A DNA stretch of 64,000 nt, from NCBI GenBank assembly GCA_964016885.1, contig OZ024745.1, positions 39,742,001 to 39,806,000 of the forward strand, read 5' to 3'. A model generated the notes under the pieces. It did not search any database. It was not told the DNA's origin and was given only the letters and a program-made list of their open reading frames with translations. The DNA is from Eledone cirrhosa (taxonomy: Eukaryota). This document shows positions 57,165 to 64,000 of the stretch, piece by piece. The translations under genes and the position numbers were made by a program. How positions within the stretch are numbered: the first letter of the stretch is position 1; every line of letters begins with the position of its first letter.

Positions 57165-57365
57165 TGGGTATTCCTTTCTTTGTTTCTGTGCCTCTCCTTT
57201 GTTCTGTCCTACGCCATTTTGTTTCTGTGTGTGTGTTGTGTGCTCATTCTGCGCATGCGCCACATCCGGGTGTCTGCGTGTGTTTATGTTCATTTATTTA
57301 CTTGTTTATTTACATGTTACTGGTTGGTTGTTTGTTCTATGTGTGTGTGTGTTTTCATTTTGTCC

Positions 57366-58496
57366 TTAATTGTAAGTTGTGATGTTGCTGTTCCACTCAT
57401 ATTTTCTATTTAATTTTGGTTGTAATTCTTTTATGTTTATTGCCTCTGTAATTTATCTAAACATTGCGTCTTTTCTGTGTGTAGATTCTATTTTTATTTT
57501 TATGTTCTCTAATTTACCCTTGTGTTCTATTTTAGCATGTTGGTAGAGTACAGATGATTCTTTACTATCTTGAAGGTCTCGCCAGTGTTCATTTATCCGT
57601 TCCCCTATACTACGAGCTGTCTCACCTATGTACACTATATTTTTGTCTCTACATTGTCCTTCAGTACATCTTATGCTACACACTACATTTCTAGTTTTAC
57701 AGTTAATATGGGGGTTTATTTTACAGGTTATACATTTCTTATCTATGCATCAAGGTCTTTGAAAAGGGTATGTCTTGCTAATGAGTGTTTTTACGGAGGT
57801 ACCTGGTCTTTCTACTATCTTAATATTGAGTTTATATTTATTTAGGGCCCTTCTAAATTTGTAAGCTAATTCACATCTAGGGGTTGTATCGATGAACATT
57901 ACACTCGGGTATTTATTGCTATCATACCATGAGTTTATTCTATTAGCCTTGTTCCTAGTTATTTCCATTCTATTCCAAAATGTGCTCCTATACAAGGGGC
58001 AGGTTCCATTTATGTCATTATTTATCATTTTTTCCCATTTGGTTCTGGCTCCTCTATACACTCTGATTTTATCTCTCTGATTGTAGCCAGAGAACTGCAT
58101 ACGGTGGATGAAGTGTTGTATGTGTCTCTCTAGTTCTTTGGGGTTGCATATGCGGGACACGTTTCTCATCACCCGTACCAAATTCGCAATCAGTATGTTG
58201 ATTTTGGTATGGTCCGAAACGGCCGAGTTTCGGTGGATCAGATGCTTGGAAGTCATGGGTTTGGCATAATGGGAATGGAGGATTTGTTTTTTATTATTAA
58301 TGGTATCTAACCAGAGCGCTGTGTCTAGTACAGGTAATCGATGGTTGGGGTGTTTACTTGGGTAGTCTATAGTAACTCTAATGCTCTGGTGGATGGAGTT
58401 AGCTATTTGCCTGATGATTTCCATTGTGTTTTTCTCTAGTTCCTGACTGTTCTCTAGTGAGGGTGTCTTAACTACGATGTTTATATCATCAACGTA
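57366..58496 (-). pseudogene. RT (from YVDD) + GIY-YIG ORF with two in-frame stops
   Basis: YVDD, PVLD, HYAKP, SGY, then *CIDKKCITC, VYIGET.R...RINEH, R*ITEA..PKLNRKYEW, all in one frame. Confidence 0.85.
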
Positions 58497-58575
58497 GCAC
58501 ACAAAACACACACAGAAACAAAATGGCGTAGGACAGAACAAAGGAGAGGCACAGAAACAAAGAAAGGAATCCCCA

Positions 58576-58618
58576 GTCACTGAAGAGGTCACAGAGTGAG
58601 TGACGAAAGAACTATGAC
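58576..58618 (+). ncRNA. Minimal hammerhead ribozyme (inverted pLTR copy)
   Basis: GTCA-CTGAAGA-G-GTCAC..GTGAC-GAAA-GAAC-TA-TGAC. Confidence 0.8.
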
Positions 58619-58867
58619 AATATATAAACAACTATCTGGTTGTGGAACCAACCAACCAACCAGAAATTTATAAATTTATAAATTTATTATAAATTTATAA
58701 ATTTATTATAAATTTATTATAATAAATTGAAGTGAAAGCAACCGGTGCGTGTGTTTCTTATTGGCAACATGACCGTCCCAAAGTATAACAATATCGGTTT
58801 CAACACACGATTTCAGATAAAGAATCTTGCTAAACAAATTCAGAAACGAAATATATATATATATATA

Positions 58868-59365
58868 TTAAATAGAAAACATGAATAGAATAACAACATC
58901 ACAACTTACAATTAAGGACAAAATGAAAACACACACACACACAGAACAAACAACCAACCAGTAACATGTAAATAAACAAATAAATAAACAAATATAAACA
59001 CACAGAGACACCCAGATGTAACACATGCGTAAACTAAGCACACAACACTCACAAAAACAAGATGTCGTAGTACATAACAAAAGAGAGGCACAAAAACAAT
59101 GAAAAGAATCCCAGTCACTGAAGGGGTCACATAATATGTGACGAAAGAACTTTGACAATATATGAACAACCGTCCGGTTATGGAACCAACCAGCCAGCCA
59201 ACTGGAAATTTATAAATTCTTAAATTTATAAATTTAATTTATAATAAATTGGAGTGAAAGCAACTGGTGCGTGTGTTTCTTATTGGCAACATGTCCCTCC
59301 CAAAGCATAACAATATCGGTTTCAACACACGTTTTCAGATAAAGAATCTTGCTAAACAAATTCAG

Positions 59366-59368
<3 letters not shown>
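58868..59368 (+). mobile_element. Diverged 3'-end/pLTR copy of Penelope-like element 2 with hammerhead at 59114-59156
   Basis: Begins with the ORF end (LNRKHE*), same UTR and tail; stem II GTCACATA/TATGTGAC. Confidence 0.85.
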
Positions 59369-59402
<34 letters not shown>

Positions 59403-59403
59403 G

Positions 59404-61195
59404 GGTGTGTATGATTATGTATAGAAGATTATATTAATAAAAGGAAATCCAACTTTGTCTGATTTACTCGTTTTATTTACAATCCTTTAAAATTATAATG
59501 ATATTATAATGAAATAGTATGGTAGAATATTAAATGTTAAATGTTAATTGAACAAGTACTTTCATGCTTTCGCAATCGTCAGGGTCATATTCAGTGGTTA
59601 CAGTCAAGTTTGCAATTTTTTTCAACTGTAATGAGATGGCTACAATCTGTTCCTTATATACAGTAAAAAGGGGCTACAGACAGCTATGTTTTGCAAACTG
59701 TATTTCGACCAATCGGTGTGTGGTTTCACTCGATTTCTAAAGCTGATTGGTTTAGGTGTCACGGTTCGTTGAACATGTCTAACGACTTCTATTTGAACCT
59801 ATCCAAAGCATCAATGGTTTGGCTATTTTTACAAATGATGAAAGTAGCATTTTCTAGGGTTTTTATAAAGAATCTTCAGTAATCATCAACATGAACATAA
59901 CTTTTATTATTATTGTTGTTGTTGACAGTGGTGGTAGTCGACATGGTCGTAGGCGTAGTCATAGTAGAAGCATTACCCCTAAGCATTATTATTGTTCATT
60001 TAGCTTGGGTTGGAAGTTATCAATAAAATTATTTTCTTAAATTTTTCTCTTGATTTCACTTGGGCTGTGTAGTTTGTAGAATGGAAATATTATAAATATT
60101 TTCTGACCACATGTTGCTAGATGGTTACTCGGGGGTATCTGACGGACATTTGGGTCTCTGATTTTCTGTCGGTACACCCGTGCACATTCCAATAGTGCAT
60201 TCCGCATTTTCAGTTTGACCGACATATAGTTCTTCACAATTCAGGCATTTAATGCAGTAAATTAGAGTTCTGCTTTCGCAGTTCATATTTGCATTTGGGA
60301 ATATTTTTTCAGTTGTTGTGTTCTTATATTGACTAGTATGTATGAACTGGCATGTGCCACATCGACTATCATTGCATTTAGATACAGTGAATGATTGGTG
60401 ATTGTTGTTAAGGTAAAACTTTGCCTTTGTTAGTAATTGCTTCACATGTATCGGCTGTCTTTTACTAAAAATCACGGCTCGGTCTGTGATTAAAACTTTG
60501 AATTCATTTCTTTGAGCAATGATCGGTAGGTTTGCTTTGGCAGTGTTGAAGATATTCTAGTGACACAGGTTGTGTGTCATTATAAATAGTATGACCCGTT
60601 CTTGGTTTCTTCTTCCCTGGGTTGTCTTAAGTTATTGTATAGGTATTTTTATAGCTCGCTGTATGCCATTTTCTATAAGTAGAGATGGATATTTTTGTTT
60701 AAGCAAAAATTCTCTCAGTTCTGTTAGGCGTTTGTTACTGGTATTTGTATCTTCTACAATGGTACAAATTATTCTAGCTAGGCAGTATGGGATGTTGCGC
60801 TTTGTATGAGGTGGATGGCACAACTTAAAATTCAGATATTGATGGGTGTCTGTGTGTTTATAGTATATATTCGTGGTAATGGTGGTGTCATTTTTGATTA
60901 CCATTATATCTAGGAATGGTAATTTGGTACTACCCATCTCTTTTGTAAATTGGAGAGATGGGTGTAGGTTATTCAGGAGGATATTGAACTCATCCAGAGT
61001 ATCTAGAGATTCTGTCCAGATGATGAAACATTCGGCAAGGTATCTCTTCCAAGACGTTTCAATGTACTTTCTAAATTCAGTGCTATGTTTCCTCTATTTC
61101 TTGGTGGAGTTGTTGTTCTAAGTATCCCATTACAGAGTGCGCGTAAACGGGAGCAAACTTCGTTACCATCGCTGTGCCTCTAATTTGGATGTAAT
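59404..61195 (-). mobile_element. Penelope-like element 3 (Cys-rich linker, Neptune-like), truncated and frameshifted
   Basis: QIRGTAM, LPFLD, YYKHTDTHQYL..CHP, CNDSRCGTC, LIYCIKC..C...YVGQT; its tail recurs inverted at ~53352-53416. Confidence 0.87.
59549..59587 (-). ncRNA. Minimal hammerhead ribozyme in the 3' UTR of element 3
   Basis: TGACC-CTGACGA-TTGC-GAAA-GCAT-GAAA-GTAC-TT-GTTCA, palindromic stem III. Confidence 0.72.
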
Positions 61196-61422
<227 letters not shown>

Positions 61423-62627
61423 AAAGGGGGGATCACAACAGTATAAAACAAAGTAGATTTTAGAATAAGGCTGTGAAGTACCCAGCATTGCCTGGGCGAA
61501 GAAAGTAATAAAATTCCATTCAACGCTTGATATAATTTCTGAGTACATTGTGCAATTATTCTTTCTAAAATTAACACCATCAAAAGTTCTGTAAGATCAA
61601 AATAATCATCATAAACTTCGTTTTTATGTCTACCTTTCAACATTTGCATGGAAAAGCAAGCACAGCATCTCTCCCTCACAGCAACTCACCATTCTTCACG
61701 TCCGTTCGTCGTCTCTTCTGTGAGTCTCAGCGCTTTGAGATCAGCCCTGTCTATCTCTGCCCACTTCTTTCTTGGTCTACCTCTACTGCGGCTTCCTTTC
61801 ACTGGAATGTGCTGACAGCCAGCGATCATCATCAATGCGCATCATGTGTCGGTTCCAAAGAGATCTCCTCTCCTGTACTATATTTCAGATTCCTCTTCAA
61901 CCCAGCTTTTCCCTCAGCTCATCCAAACTTTTCTCTCACATTTGCTTTTCTCATGAAACAAAGCATGGTTGTTTCATTTCTCTCCAGTTTGTGCCTGTCC
62001 AACGCAGTCACAGCCCAGGTTTCACTACCAAGTAGTATCACACCTCGCACACCGTTGTCATACAGTTGTCCCTTTCTATATAATTATTTATGTTGTGTGT
62101 CTGTGTGTCTGTGTATATGTCGATACATTACTGTACATTTACTTATGCATAAATATATACGTGTAATATAAACAGATACAGCATGATTACATATAGACAT
62201 ATTTACGTAGATACATGCATACATATTAGATTTGTTGTTGATCCCAAGAGCAATGAATTCAACTTATTTGCTGAGGTTGAATGTCCCTGTCCAGCAGATG
62301 TGAAGTTATTTCTGAAATTCTAATGAGAGAGAATATGTTGGATGAACTGCATTAAAAGCTAAGTTTATATAATTCTGACACCATACGCTACACTGGGTTA
62401 ATAACTTTGAATAATCCTACGAATCTAACAAATGCTGGAGCGCTTAAAGAGCATAATACAAAAGATTGACTGGCAATAAGTTATCAATGTATAATCCATT
62501 AGTCACACAGTGTAAATTTAACAATACATTTCACAAAGTTTTACCTTCATTGTCTTAATGAGAAACATATCGAGATTTACTGTCTGAACGCAGCCATACA
62601 TATATACATGCAATAATTCAGGAATGC

Positions 62628-62777
62628 CTACATGCATTCATTCATACATACATACGAACATAAATGCGTGCATACATACATTCATACATACATACATACA
62701 TGCATACATACATACATACATACATACTATACATACATACATACATACATACATACATACATACATACATACATACA

Positions 62778-62811
<34 letters not shown>

Positions 62812-62822
62812 CATGCATACAT
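62628..62822. repeat. (CATA)n microsatellite
   Basis: Direct reading. Confidence 0.95.
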
Positions 62823-63397
62823 AGTGGAAACCAACTCGTGTCCGAACAAGGCAAATTCTTAGAGAAAAGAAAACTTGTTATTGATGTTGCTGGTGCTGAT
62901 GTCGCTTTAGATGTTTCAGCATGAACAGTGACTTACATGTCAAACCTCAGAGTGTGCATCTACAGTTTATGACTGATTGATGTAGCATGCATTGTGGGTC
63001 CATGTATGACTCCATGCAGAATGCCACACTTCGATACGTAGGCCATAATCAAGTTCAAGGGCCATGGATTACTACAAATGTGATATTTCCACAATTAATG
63101 TGGTATACGCAGCCTTAGAAGCCGAAACGTGAACATACATACATTCCCTCAACCCTCAGATGTAGGTGTTTCATTCGATCCCAATATAAATAGCTTCTTA
63201 CTTTATTTCAGCAAATACCTTTTGCTTCTTTTAACGCCGAAAGTAATGTGTTTTCGCCACTTGGAACTCTCTAGTGCAATATTTTTTCCATGTTTCGGTA
63301 TTGGTGTTGACCTTCTTCAGAGTATCATTCAGCTGGTCGTTAAAGCGCCTATCTGGCTTGCACTGCAAGCGTTTATCTTGTGACAATTCTCCATATA

Positions 63398-63466
<69 letters not shown>

Positions 63467-64000
63467 CGTGAGTATGTGTGATTGTGTGTGTGTGTGTTTG
63501 TTTGTGTGTGTGTGTGTGTACGTGATGTATATCGAATAATACACGGCATGTTTATGAAAAATATTTGAAAGTATTATGCTTTTAATTTTAAGGATCTAAC
63601 CAACACCACACATACCATCTCAGCAAAATGAATGGGAAGTTAACAGCAACGCGTTGCTTCCCGCCATTTTGCAGTTATCGAAACTACATATTTTGGAATT
63701 CCGAGTTTCACAAAAATTTCAACGCATAGCACTGTTCCATAATTTACTGCATCGCAAACGTAATAGAGGTTATAAATACGTTTGTGCATAAACAACAATA
63801 AATCACGAGAGACTCAATCGATTATGTTCTAGCAAGTATGTACGTGCAACGAAGGTCATAAGAAATACGACTGGTAGTACATTAGCTGGTAATACATTAA
63901 ACATTTAGTAACCTTCCTTTTGAGAGAAATACTAGTTTTGGGACAAGTACTATGTTTGTTCAAGCATTGCATTATAAAAAATGTGAACTCTTCCATATTA

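Larger units (their letters stand above)
56966..58850 (-). mobile_element. Penelope-like element 2 with inverted pLTRs
   Basis: IR ~56966-57243 vs ~58497-58793; (TA)n flanks. Confidence 0.9.

Noticed and set aside
57750-57752. In-frame TGA in a PLE ORF as possible selenocysteine (as reported for Naiad PLEs)
   Set aside because: The TGA is adjacent to, not at, the conserved Cys; a second in-frame stop (TAA) follows; no SECIS recognised; ordinary decay is more likely
61626-62171. 181-aa ORF
   Set aside because: No recognisable motif; Ser/Phe/Leu composition follows from pyrimidine-rich DNA
63287-63322. Minus-strand CTGAAGA..GAAACATG hammerhead-like motif
   Set aside because: Cleavage-site U is missing and there is no stem I

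Overview
AT-rich eukaryotic (metazoan, most likely octopus/cephalopod, inferred from SINE style and extreme microsatellite density) intergenic or intronic DNA. No host gene can be firmly called. The window consists almost entirely of simple repeats and retroelements. (1) 2.8-25.2 kb is a nest at (TAA)n tracts: several R4/Dong-clade RT+RLE non-LTR copies from two divergent families that share a homologous 5' leader, plus a full-length decayed Tx1-clade element. (2) 53.5-61.2 kb holds three Penelope-like (RT+GIY-YIG) families in (TA)n, two with inverted pseudo-LTRs. (3) RTE, CRE-like and Chapaev-like relics and about ten copies of one tRNA-derived SINE are scattered through the window. The most notable non-obvious signal is roughly a dozen hammerhead ribozyme motifs, including U3-A8 compensatory-core variants. 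Several short palindromic elements appear to be fold-backs centred on hammerhead stem II. All calls are by eye, with no database search.
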